From Euryarchaeota archaeon UBA171 (lineage in GTDB: Archaea > Thermoplasmatota > Poseidoniia > Poseidoniales > Thalassarchaeaceae): DNA of 64,000 nucleotides. The position numbers were made by a program, and so were the translations under genes. The first letter of the stretch is position 1, and the number at the start of each line of letters is the position of its first letter. Below are positions 1-8,749 of this stretch, one piece after another. The stretch lies in contig DANO01000029.1 of the NCBI GenBank assembly GCA_002497295.1, positions 4,978-68,977 of the forward strand, given 5' to 3'. The notes beneath the pieces are model-generated. The model searched no databases. It was given only the letters and a program-made list of their open reading frames with translations, and was not told the DNA's origin.

Positions 1-18
1 GAATCTGTCGAGAGTGCT

Positions 19-660
19 GTGTCGAGTGAGCCAGCGGCTATGACTGGATGGGGCAGCAGCGAAATTTCTCCTGGCACTAATGAGTTGCCCCCATCGAGTT
101 CAATGATGCTCAGTCGCGCAGTTAAATCATACGAACCAGTATCAATGGGCAGCGGTGTTCTACCTGACCCTACAGACGCTGCTGTCAGAGAAGAGTGCCG
201 TCCGGGTATTGTGAAGCAGGCTAGAGCGAAGAGAGTCATGAAGAGTATTGAACCCGGACGCAGGAAGCTTTCATCGATTATTTCTTCGGATAAGCCCCGC
301 AGTCGTAGTTGGGTTGAACGTATGCTAGTTCCCATTCCAAACAGGAGCAAGGAACGAAAGAGGCACGAGAATGTAGTAGAAGACTTCGATCCGGACTCCA
401 GACTACGATCTGCACAGAAACTGAGGCTGCGTGCTGATCATCAACATCAGTCCGAGGTTAATCTTGGAAGGGCTCCAACGCGTGTTCATCCTGAAACAAG
501 TGGTCAGAATGCATTGCGAGAAATAGTGATGAAGAAAAGACTCGGAATCGGCGATATGCCTGTTGAAGAAGATGGATTACTCCCAAGGTTCAGTGAATTA
601 AGACCCAGCACATACGGCGGAGAGGAAGTTGGAATACCCGGTGTACGGTATCTCAGATGA
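19..660 (+). CDS. Hypothetical Ser/Pro/Arg-rich, likely disordered protein; may be the C-terminal part of a gene that begins upstream of the window
   Basis: Frame 1 is open from base 1 to the stop at 660 and the listed start is GTG. Low-complexity composition and no recognisable motif. Confidence 0.2.
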   Translation: MSSEPAAMTGWGSSEISPGTNELPPSSSMMLSRAVKSYEPVSMGSGVLPDPTDAAVREECRPGIVKQARAKRVMKSIEPGRRKLSSIISSDKPRSRSWVERMLVPIPNRSKERKRHENVVEDFDPDSRLRSAQKLRLRADHQHQSEVNLGRAPTRVHPETSGQNALREIVMKKRLGIGDMPVEEDGLLPRFSELRPSTYGGEEVGIPGVRYLR

Positions 661-1636
661 TGCCGGCCATTCTCCGATAACGATCAAGTCTAGCTCGATA
701 CTTTCCACGTTTCAAAGCCGAGATGGAATCTGATCCAAATGATTCTATGTTGAACGATGCAGTCACTGTAGCATGTATCAACGCTCTACGGATAGATTCG
801 ATATCTGAAAGATTTCCTTCATGGGGGACGAGTTGTGCCAAGAACGCGCCAGCAAAAACATCGCCACAGCCAGTGGGGTCAACTATCGACTCTGTGGGAT
901 AAGCCGGGAGAATGATGAGGCCGTCTCTGTGAATGCATACGCATCCTGCACTGCCTCTCTTGATAATCAGACATTGGGGCCCCGAACCAGCCAATTCACC
1001 TCCTTGAAGACTCTTGCCCATGATGATGTTTCTTCCCGATTCAAGGAAGTTTGAGCCATCTCCTATAGCATTGACCTCGTCCTCATTAAAAATGGCGATA
1101 TCGACTTTTCGAAGTGCCTCGCTTAATTCAGAAAATTCTGAATCGATCCAAAGTTGAAAAGTATCCAAGGCAGTGATCTTGGAGCCTTGGTTGGCATCCA
1201 AAACTGCGATCTGCGTGGTAGGACTTGCAGAGGAGCAGAACAAAATCGGAGGGTCTTTCCAAGATTCGGGCAAAGTCGGCTTGAAATCTGAAAGGACATT
1301 GACCTCTGTTGACACAGTTATGGCATGGTCCATCGAACCCTCGTACCTTCCTGACCAACGAAATGTCATTCCATCTGATTGTTTTACGCCGTCGATATCC
1401 AAACCCGCATCGACAATTCTTCGAAGGGACGTCTCGTCAAAATCGGACCCTATAATTGACACTAGACCAACACTTACTCTTTGCAGCCCCATATCACGGG
1501 CATGGAATGCTGCAGAAAGACCGGAATATGACGCTGACCCACCCAATATGCTACTGACCTTTCCGCTTGGCGTCTGTATGTCGTCATATCCGATGCTACC
1601 GACAATCACAAGATCCATGCCGTCACCTAAAATCAT
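653..1636 (-). CDS. PfkB-family carbohydrate/nucleoside kinase (ribokinase-like)
   Basis: C-terminal motif VDPTGCGDVFAGAFLAQL is typical of the PfkB DPTGAGD signature; length 327 aa. Confidence 0.8.
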   Translation of the reverse strand: MILGDGMDLVIVGSIGYDDIQTPSGKVSSILGGSASYSGLSAAFHARDMGLQRVSVGLVSIIGSDFDETSLRRIVDAGLDIDGVKQSDGMTFRWSGRYEGSMDHAITVSTEVNVLSDFKPTLPESWKDPPILFCSSASPTTQIAVLDANQGSKITALDTFQLWIDSEFSELSEALRKVDIAIFNEDEVNAIGDGSNFLESGRNIIMGKSLQGGELAGSGPQCLIIKRGSAGCVCIHRDGLIILPAYPTESIVDPTGCGDVFAGAFLAQLVPHEGNLSDIESIRRALIHATVTASFNIESFGSDSISALKRGKYRARLDRYRRMAGII

Positions 1637-2957
1637 GATCTTCTAGATATGAAATTGTAATTTCCCTATTTACAAAATCGGGCTCTCTGAGTATCTTCCT
1701 ATGCAATGGGATTAACGTTTCCACTCCATCAAGGACGGTTTCTCTCAACGCTGCATCCAATCTCTCAATGGCTTCTTTTCTATCACTCCCGTGTGCTATA
1801 ATCTTGGCAAGCAGGGAGTCGAAACAAGTTGGCATAGAATATCCGGAACAGGCATGTGAATCTACTCTTATACCGGGTCCAGAGGGAAGGATACACTCCC
1901 ATAGCCTCCCTGGCGCAGGTGTAAAATCTTCAGATCTCTCGGCATTTATTCTAGCTTGTATTGCATGGCCTCGCAAGCATATATCTTCTTGGCTTACTGG
2001 AAGGGATTCGCCTGCAGCGACCCTAATCCCCAATGATACTAGGTCAAAGCCTGTCAGAGCCTCTGTTACCGTGTGCTCAACCTGGACTCTTGGATTGACT
2101 TCCAAGAAGTAGAATTCTCCTTTAGCATCCCTCAGGAATTCGAATGTCGCAAGGCCGCGGTATCCTACTGCCTTCGCACCTTCGACAACTTTGGATCCGA
2201 TTCTTTCTCTAGTCTCATCATCCAGCCATGGTCCCTCTTCCAGTATCTTCTGATGGCGCCTCTGTATGGAACAAAAGCGCTCGCCAAAATGAACTGCGTC
2301 TTTCCCATCGCCAAGAACCTGGAATTCAATGTGCTGTGCTTCCTCTATGTACTTCTCGACAAAGACTCTGCCATCTCCAAAGGCTGAAGAGGCTCTACTC
2401 GAACATAGACGGAATGCAGAGTCGAACTCGTCTTCGCTGCGTACTATTTGCATCCCTATGCCGCCGCCTCCAGCAGCGGCTTTGATGATTACTGGATAGC
2501 CAATCTCTACTGCAAGAGCCATGGCACTCTCAGAGCTCTCTATTGGTTCTTCTGACCCTAGCGCGACAGGGAGGCCTGCGGCAGTCATCGCGGAACGAGC
2601 CTGTATCTTATCTCCAAGAAGTTCGAGAATTTCGGGAGAAGGGCCGATGAAGGTGATTTCTTCTTCAGCGAGTCTTCGAGCCAGATTAGGATTTTCCGCG
2701 AGAAAGCCATACCCCGGATGGACTGCATCGGCTCCGACATTTTTTGCAGCCTCTACAACTGCTTCAACATCGAGATAACTCGCAAGAGGATCATCGCGAT
2801 AGATCTGTACTGCCGAATCGGACCAGCGAACAGGCAGGCTCGTTCTATCCTCTCTTCCGTGTATTATTGAGGCCTCAATGCCGAGTGTTCTAAGAGATCT
2901 CATTATCCTCAATGCGATTTCACCGCGATTTGCGATAAGCACTCGTGAGAATCCCAT
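1623..2957 (-). CDS. accC: Biotin carboxylase (ATP-grasp) subunit of an acetyl/propionyl-CoA or pyruvate carboxylase
   Basis: N-terminal IANRGEIALRI, glycine-rich AAGGGGIGMQIV and EVNPRVQVEHTVTE motifs; 444 aa. Confidence 0.85.
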   Translation of the reverse strand: MGFSRVLIANRGEIALRIMRSLRTLGIEASIIHGREDRTSLPVRWSDSAVQIYRDDPLASYLDVEAVVEAAKNVGADAVHPGYGFLAENPNLARRLAEEEITFIGPSPEILELLGDKIQARSAMTAAGLPVALGSEEPIESSESAMALAVEIGYPVIIKAAAGGGGIGMQIVRSEDEFDSAFRLCSSRASSAFGDGRVFVEKYIEEAQHIEFQVLGDGKDAVHFGERFCSIQRRHQKILEEGPWLDDETRERIGSKVVEGAKAVGYRGLATFEFLRDAKGEFYFLEVNPRVQVEHTVTEALTGFDLVSLGIRVAAGESLPVSQEDICLRGHAIQARINAERSEDFTPAPGRLWECILPSGPGIRVDSHACSGYSMPTCFDSLLAKIIAHGSDRKEAIERLDAALRETVLDGVETLIPLHRKILREPDFVNREITISYLEDHDFR

Positions 2958-3008
2958 TGACTCTACGACAGGAGGGCAACGTTTGAGTTCATCTGAAATT
3001 ATCAGTTC

Positions 3009-4286
3009 TCAATATACGTCTCTGAGATATCTCTTCTCGGTCCTCATCATTCGGGTTTCAACGAATTCATGAGCGTCTTCTTCAGACATGCCCCCATGTT
3101 CGCCGCAAATTCCTATAAGCGTCTTATGAACGTCTTTTGCCATTCGAGACTTATCTCCACAGACGTAGAAATAAGCACCACCATCTATCCATGCCCATAT
3201 TTCTTCCCCGTGTTTTTTCATGAGGTGCTGAACATACACTTTCTCCGAGCCATCTCTGGACCAGGCTAGGTCATGTTTGGTCAGAATCCCCCTCTCCTTC
3301 CAATCATCCATTTCTTCCTTGTAGTAATTTTCACCAGACTCCGTCCAATCGCCAAAGAATAGCCAATTTCTTCCAGTAGCCCCGTCGATGTCTCTCTGCT
3401 GCAAGAAGGCTCTGAATGGTGCTATTCCTGTTCCTGGGCCTACCATGATTATGTCTGTACTGAGATCTTTTGGCAGAATAAAAGATCGAGTGGGGGACAT
3501 GAAGACTCCAATATCTGTCTCTACTACCTTGCAGCGATCTGCGAGAAAGCCAGTAGCTAATCCGGTTCTATCTCTGTCATGATGGTTGTATCGGACGATT
3601 CCCACAGTAAGATGGACAGTACCGGGCTCGTAATCAGGGCTACTAGCAATAGAATACAGTCTTGGCTTGAGTCGGTCCATTCCATCCACAAGTTGTTGGG
3701 GAGTTGATATTATGTGTCCAAAATCAGAGATAGCATCAATGTAGTCCCTTGACCAGATGTAATCTTCAAGCTTTGAGTCGTCACCATTCATCCCATTCCA
3801 TAAATCGATTGCAGGATCTGCAACAGAGCCAATTTCATGATATTCCGAGGGGACGTCCCCCTCTAATCCTGAGCCGCTCCAATCCAAAAGTACAGTATCG
3901 TCATTGGTGGAAGTTCTAGTTCTGGAGACCAGTCGAATACTAATTTCTTCAGGTGCTTCAAGACGCTCACCAAGGTTCCGGACCCATTTCTTTGATAGAC
4001 GATGTATCTCATAGGCAGACGTTAGAGCCTGCCTCAATTCCATATCCCCCATGTGAGTATCAACTACCTCAGACCCGGAAAATCCTGATGCTGCAAGTAA
4101 ATCTTCAACAAGTTTCGAAGGTGAAACGGGCACTACTCCTAGAGCATCCCCTGCCTTGTACTCTAGTCCGGACGAAGCCAAATCGAAAACTACGTGCCTG
4201 GTTTCTTTACCGGAACCCTCTCCATTAAGGACGAAATTCTGAGTCAAATTTGAACTGTATGGGTTTTTTGCGCTCCAGTCAGTCAT
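3009..4286 (-). CDS. FNR-like FAD/NAD(P)H oxidoreductase module (CysJ / cytochrome-P450-reductase type) with an unknown N-terminal region
   Basis: RLYSIASSP FAD-binding motif and GPGTGIAPFRAFLQQR NADPH-binding motif. Confidence 0.6.
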   Translation of the reverse strand: MTDWSAKNPYSSNLTQNFVLNGEGSGKETRHVVFDLASSGLEYKAGDALGVVPVSPSKLVEDLLAASGFSGSEVVDTHMGDMELRQALTSAYEIHRLSKKWVRNLGERLEAPEEISIRLVSRTRTSTNDDTVLLDWSGSGLEGDVPSEYHEIGSVADPAIDLWNGMNGDDSKLEDYIWSRDYIDAISDFGHIISTPQQLVDGMDRLKPRLYSIASSPDYEPGTVHLTVGIVRYNHHDRDRTGLATGFLADRCKVVETDIGVFMSPTRSFILPKDLSTDIIMVGPGTGIAPFRAFLQQRDIDGATGRNWLFFGDWTESGENYYKEEMDDWKERGILTKHDLAWSRDGSEKVYVQHLMKKHGEEIWAWIDGGAYFYVCGDKSRMAKDVHKTLIGICGEHGGMSEEDAHEFVETRMMRTEKRYLRDVY

Positions 4287-4396
4287 GCCTGCGACCCCTT
4301 CTACAATTGATGTTGGGTCGAAGGTCCCTTATCAAAATCGCTAGGAAATGCATACCTTGAATCAATCGAAGCGGTCAAGCGGATTGACCTTCTGGA

Positions 4397-5188
4397 TTGG
4401 CCATGTCCCGCATCACCTTCATCGGAACCGGGAATGCTTTCTCCCCCGATGGTAGGCTCCATGCATGTCTTTCAATTGACAATAATATCTTGATTGACAC
4501 GCCCCCAACCATCATGGCTCAGCTTAGGAGGAATGGCACAGATATCTCCAATATTCGCCACGTCCTCATAACCCACTGGCATGGCGATCACACATTCGGA
4601 ATGCCATTTATTCTACTGGATAGGAAATACATATCAGATCCGAATGGCGATAGTGATCTAACAGTATATTTGAGACCAGGTGGAGAGGAGTTTTTCTCTT
4701 TACTTTGCAATATGGCCTTCCCCGGAAGTCTTGAGGAGTCTCTGAAGAGCTCAGTAGATTGGAATACGGATGAATCTGGGCATCTTGGTGGTACAGGTTG
4801 GGCATATGAGAGGTTTCCAGTGCATCACACTCCTGAAACAGATCCTAATGGATACGATTTGATTCATGATAGTGGTTTCCGGTTACTGCATTGTGGAGAT
4901 TCTGGACCTTGTGAGGAGATTGAAAAGAGGGCCGTCGGAGCTGATGTGGTGATTCTTGAAATGGGGGTTCCAGACATTGGAGAGTTTCCCTATCATCATC
5001 GGCCATCTGATGTGATTTCATTCGTTCAAAGGCACCCGGATGTCAAAGTTTTAGTCACTCACAATTACGCGTCTGGCAAGGGTGTAGAATCAGGTTTCAG
5101 GATGGCGGACCTTCCTGAATCAGTACATCAACTGGAAGATGGCGATTGGTTGCAAGTAAATGAAGACGGTTCTTTTACTGTTAATTAA
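4397..5188 (+). CDS. Metallo-beta-lactamase-fold hydrolase
   Basis: LITHWHGDHTFG (HxHxDH) motif; TTG start. Confidence 0.65.
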   Translation: MAMSRITFIGTGNAFSPDGRLHACLSIDNNILIDTPPTIMAQLRRNGTDISNIRHVLITHWHGDHTFGMPFILLDRKYISDPNGDSDLTVYLRPGGEEFFSLLCNMAFPGSLEESLKSSVDWNTDESGHLGGTGWAYERFPVHHTPETDPNGYDLIHDSGFRLLHCGDSGPCEEIEKRAVGADVVILEMGVPDIGEFPYHHRPSDVISFVQRHPDVKVLVTHNYASGKGVESGFRMADLPESVHQLEDGDWLQVNEDGSFTVN

Positions 5189-5573
5189 TTTACATATTTT
5201 ATAACATCATTACAATGTTTATCTTTGAGATTGAGATGAACGATATATGATGAATAATGAGTCTAACCTTCTCCTCAGGTACCTTTCATCACTGGGTTTG
5301 TCCATATTGTTTGAGTCGGATCTTATGTCTCGGCATATCGTATATATTCTAATCTTCATGATGTTTTATTTTGTTAATAAAATCACGATAACAGGTCTAA
5401 TAGAGGCGTTCGTTTATATCCGCACTATGGACGATAACTGGTTCCATAGTGAATGAACTCTAGGGGACGTTTATTATCGAAGAGTGCATCGGTCGAGACC
5501 TGCGCATTAGAGCATCCCGGGTCTGACCTGGGATAATCATGAGTCGTGGTTTAGAAGATTAAGGTGTTAAAAA
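5189..5573. promoter_or_regulatory. AT-rich intergenic region upstream of orc1/cdc6; candidate replication origin (oriC)
   Basis: A 385-bp non-coding AT-rich stretch directly 5' of the initiator gene. It contains an ORB-like motif and a palindrome around it (see the next feature and the findings). Confidence 0.4.
5442..5466 (+). promoter_or_regulatory. ORB-like (origin recognition box) element
   Basis: TTCCATAGTGAATGAACTCTAGGGG resembles archaeal ORB repeats of the TTCCAGTGGAAA(C/T)GAAACTCTGGGG type. It includes the G-string tail and lies about 110 bp upstream of the orc1 start. An inverted partial copy CACTATGGA at 5423..5431 forms a palindrome with TCCATAGTG at 5443..5451. Confidence 0.4.
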
Positions 5574-6812
5574 ATGAGTGAGAATATTTTCGATTCTCTT
5601 ATCGAAAATGATTCTCTTTTTGTGAATCGTGGAGCTTTCGAGCATGGTTTCGAACCTCAGAACCTCCCTCATCGTGAAAAGGAAGTTCGGGCTCTTGGGG
5701 AGAATCTTGTTGAAGCTCTAAGAGGGCATATTCCGTCAAATATGCTCCTGTACGGGGTTCCTGGATCAGGAAAGACGATAGTCACCAAGACGGTGCTAAA
5801 ACAGCTCAAAGCCAAAGGAAGGGCCAATGGGACTGCTGTCAAAGCGTACACCATAAACTGCAGAACTGTGGACACCAAATATCGAGTTGTTCAAGCTCTT
5901 GCAAATCGTCTTGAGCGGGACGAAGATGTGAAGATTCCATTCACTGGGTGGCCAACTGACAGAGTTCTCGAAGAGTTTCGAAGAAGAATGGACCGAAGGG
6001 GCGGAATCCATGTGATAGTTCTTGACGAAATAGATCACCTTGTGTCTAAAGTTGGAGACTCGATAATATACAATCTTACCAATCTCAATTTGGAATTAGA
6101 GTCGTCCAGATGCTGCATTATCGGCATTAGTAACGATCTTTACTTCACAAAGATGCTGACGCCCCAAGTAGCATCGAGGCTTGCCCAGATTGATCTCGTC
6201 TTCCACCCCTATGGTGCAAATCAGATAAATGACATTCTCGAAGATAGAGTGCTGAGAGGGGTTCGACCTGGTGCCCTTGAGAGCGGTGTGATCGGACTGT
6301 GTTCTGCATTGGCTGCTCAAGAACATGGCGATGCGCGAAGGGCTCTTGATCTTCTCAGAATCGCAATCAAGAAGGCGCAAAAAATGGGTCATGATTTGGT
6401 GGACAAGGGGCATGTCAGACTTGCACAGAGTCAACTAGAGCATGATCAACTGACGCCCGTACTCAGAACTCTTCCCCTTCAACAAAAGATTCTGCTCTTT
6501 TCAATCTGCATGAATGAGGACAATGGGCTCAGGAATATTTCCACCGGGGAAATATTCAGAACTTATTCAGAGGTATGTCTGAGGGTTATGATAGAGCCCC
6601 TCACACCTCGAAGGATATCATCGCTTCTAAACGAATTAGATAGTCTTGGAATTATAATCGCAAGGAATGTCAGCAAAGGTCGTGGTGGAAGAAGCAAACA
6701 GATCAATTCAGCAATACCAGGATCTCTTGACGTTATGACTGAATTGAGAGACTCGGAACCACTTATTGTAGAGGCTTCGAAGGGGAAATATCGTCTTCAG
6801 AGGCCGCTCTGA
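5574..6812 (+). CDS. orc1: Orc1/Cdc6 replication initiator (AAA+ ATPase with C-terminal winged helix)
   Basis: Walker A LLYGVPGSGKT and Walker B VIVLDEIDHL; an AAGGTG RBS lies 7 nt before the ATG. Confidence 0.9.
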   Translation: MSENIFDSLIENDSLFVNRGAFEHGFEPQNLPHREKEVRALGENLVEALRGHIPSNMLLYGVPGSGKTIVTKTVLKQLKAKGRANGTAVKAYTINCRTVDTKYRVVQALANRLERDEDVKIPFTGWPTDRVLEEFRRRMDRRGGIHVIVLDEIDHLVSKVGDSIIYNLTNLNLELESSRCCIIGISNDLYFTKMLTPQVASRLAQIDLVFHPYGANQINDILEDRVLRGVRPGALESGVIGLCSALAAQEHGDARRALDLLRIAIKKAQKMGHDLVDKGHVRLAQSQLEHDQLTPVLRTLPLQQKILLFSICMNEDNGLRNISTGEIFRTYSEVCLRVMIEPLTPRRISSLLNELDSLGIIIARNVSKGRGGRSKQINSAIPGSLDVMTELRDSEPLIVEASKGKYRLQRPL

Positions 6813-6831
6813 ATTATGATTTGGGCCGGTA

Positions 6832-7374
6832 ATGGTTAAACAGAGAGCCAAGGTGCCGCGAGCGATGGCACAGAGTTCTTGGAAGGATGAAGTAACCAAG
6901 CCTAGTCGATTCTTGTCGGTTGTTTCATTCTGTATAGGGGCGTGGCTTGCCTTTGTCTCACTAATCAACGTAGCATTCGGCGCTTTCGCCCCGGGGCAGA
7001 AAATCGAATGGCTGGGCTTCATGGATGGTTCAAGTCTCTCTGAAGCTTATTCAGCGCATTCTTCCATATCTATCGGCGTTGGCGATATCATTGCATTTGC
7101 TCTTGCAGCGATCCTAATTGTAATCGGAGCAAGGGGGATAGAATCTTCCACTGGATTGCGCACATTCCTACATTCAATAATACAAAGACCTCGTCAAATG
7201 ATGAGTTCGAAAGGTGAGTTATCCCTTATTGTGGCAAACTGGATGGTAGTCGGCGGGATTGTATTCTATGTAATCTGGTCCACGATTAATACCACGTGGG
7301 TTGATCCCGGTGTTTATTCAGTTTCCATAGTAGCGATTGCTAGTGGCCTAGGCATTGAAGCCATGCACGAGTAA
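6832..7374 (+). CDS. Hypothetical multi-pass membrane protein
   Basis: Several hydrophobic segments (WLAFVSLINVAF, IIAFALAAILIVIGA, IVANWMVVGGIVFYVIW); no recognisable motif. Confidence 0.4.
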   Translation: MVKQRAKVPRAMAQSSWKDEVTKPSRFLSVVSFCIGAWLAFVSLINVAFGAFAPGQKIEWLGFMDGSSLSEAYSAHSSISIGVGDIIAFALAAILIVIGARGIESSTGLRTFLHSIIQRPRQMMSSKGELSLIVANWMVVGGIVFYVIWSTINTTWVDPGVYSVSIVAIASGLGIEAMHE

Positions 7375-7387
7375 TGTTATTCCTCGC

Positions 7388-8404
7388 TCATGGACTTTCA
7401 AGAGCCATTAATTCTAGAATCGCCCTACAATTTTTCTTGGTCTCCAGATCAGTCACTCGGGTTACAACCCCCCTACCAGGCTGTCCGTAAATTATCACTG
7501 AGTCAATAGGGAGCATCAAATGAAGTACTATTGGTGAAAGGTCTTCTTCTCCCTCAACTACGATCAGCGACTTTAATCCATGGTCTAGTGAATTGACAGC
7601 ACTCTTGCAAGTTTCGAATAATTGTGGAGTTAATTTTCCTGCTGGATTTTGAGCGGTGGAAACTATATCGAATTTTGAATGGTCGATGAGTTTTGTATTG
7701 GGCCAATTGTTTCGTTTTGTCATTCCATCTATTAGTGCAATATCTGGAATGCATGAAAGTTTGAGTAGTCCCAAAACGGTCACGTCTCCGACTGCGACAA
7801 TATTCGAATCGCTTTGAATTGATTCGAGAGCCTTGGTTAGAGCTACGGCATGATCTGATTCTGGACCCTTATGTAACGTGCCGAAAGGTGTTTTCAACAT
7901 CAACTCAACCTCTGGCGAGAGAACTCTTGCACCTTTGAAATCAGATTCATGAACGAACAACTCTCCTGACTGATCTATTACACCATTGCGGATACGCGAA
8001 CTCGATATTACTTGGCCATCAGGCCCTCTGGCGTGCTCTATCACAATGATTTCAAGGGATTTCATTTGATGCTCTATTCGGATTCTATTTATTTCTTCAC
8101 AGCCGGATAGAGTCTCTTTTGTACATATTATGGCATCTGCATTTGAATGTTCAATGGCAGGTCCAAATGAATCATGAAGGATATCAAATGATACTCTGCT
8201 CCTGAAATCTGGTTCGATAATCATCTCAATTTCTGAACGTCGCCTACTCCAATCCCAGCATCTCTCATCTTTCTTCTTTGCAACATCATCGCTGGTAATC
8301 CATATCTCCAGATGAGCGCAATACCCCAATGCTTGATTGATTAGCCAAGCATGGCCCTCATGCACACGATCGAAGGTTCCGCCGAGAAGGCCGCGTTGGA
8401 ACAT
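7388..8404 (-). CDS. Fusion of archaeal-type phosphopantetheine adenylyltransferase (cytidylyltransferase fold) with a DUF359-type GTP-dependent dephospho-CoA kinase
   Basis: N-terminal GGTFDRVHEGH ... ISSSRIRNG matches archaeal PPAT. The C-terminal half carries KTPFGTL, VGDVTV, IDGMTKR and VVEGEEDL, which match conserved DUF359 blocks. Confidence 0.6.
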   Translation of the reverse strand: MFQRGLLGGTFDRVHEGHAWLINQALGYCAHLEIWITSDDVAKKKDERCWDWSRRRSEIEMIIEPDFRSRVSFDILHDSFGPAIEHSNADAIICTKETLSGCEEINRIRIEHQMKSLEIIVIEHARGPDGQVISSSRIRNGVIDQSGELFVHESDFKGARVLSPEVELMLKTPFGTLHKGPESDHAVALTKALESIQSDSNIVAVGDVTVLGLLKLSCIPDIALIDGMTKRNNWPNTKLIDHSKFDIVSTAQNPAGKLTPQLFETCKSAVNSLDHGLKSLIVVEGEEDLSPIVLHLMLPIDSVIIYGQPGRGVVTRVTDLETKKNCRAILELMALESP

Positions 8405-8431
8405 GTACCTTCATCTTGAGTCTCGGACTTT

Positions 8432-8722
8432 AGGGCTGCGGGTATTGTGCCCCGGGGCGTAACGGGCGCCATCATCGCGATGGCTCCGGGCCCTGACCCA
8501 CCCCGGGACGTCTGTAGGAGGATGGGGTTGTCCCATGAGTCATTCCGTAGTCATCTGGGGACCCATCATCCTCCATCCGTACGATTGCTCCGCAGATCAT
8601 CCCAAAAGGTCACGGCGGTCTTCGTCGTCCGGTAGCCCGAACCGTGGTACCGCGGTTCATCCTAAGCCTCCGGCGTGGGGGCTTCGTCGACGCGGTGTTG
8701 CCGGACGGGCATTATACCCGGA
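8432..8722. ncRNA. Candidate structured non-coding RNA of unresolved family
   Basis: A roughly 290-nt island of much higher GC than its flanks, between two convergent minus-strand genes. It holds only Arg/Pro-rich junk ORFs. The ends can pair (GCGGGUAUUGUGCCCCGG at 8438..8455 against CCGGACGGGCAUUAUACCCGG at 8701..8721). Internal hairpins include GGAGGAUGGGG/CCCAUCAUCCUCC and GAACCGUGGUACCGCGGUUC. Confidence 0.3.
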
Positions 8723-8749
8723 GAATGTTGTGGATATCAAGTCATGGAA

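Noticed and set aside
8405-8749. Assigning the GC-rich element specifically to SRP RNA or RNase P RNA
   Set aside because: I could not find the SRP helix-8 GGAAG/AGCA motif or the RNase P CR-I or CR-V strings on either strand by eye. I report it only as an unclassified structured-RNA candidate.
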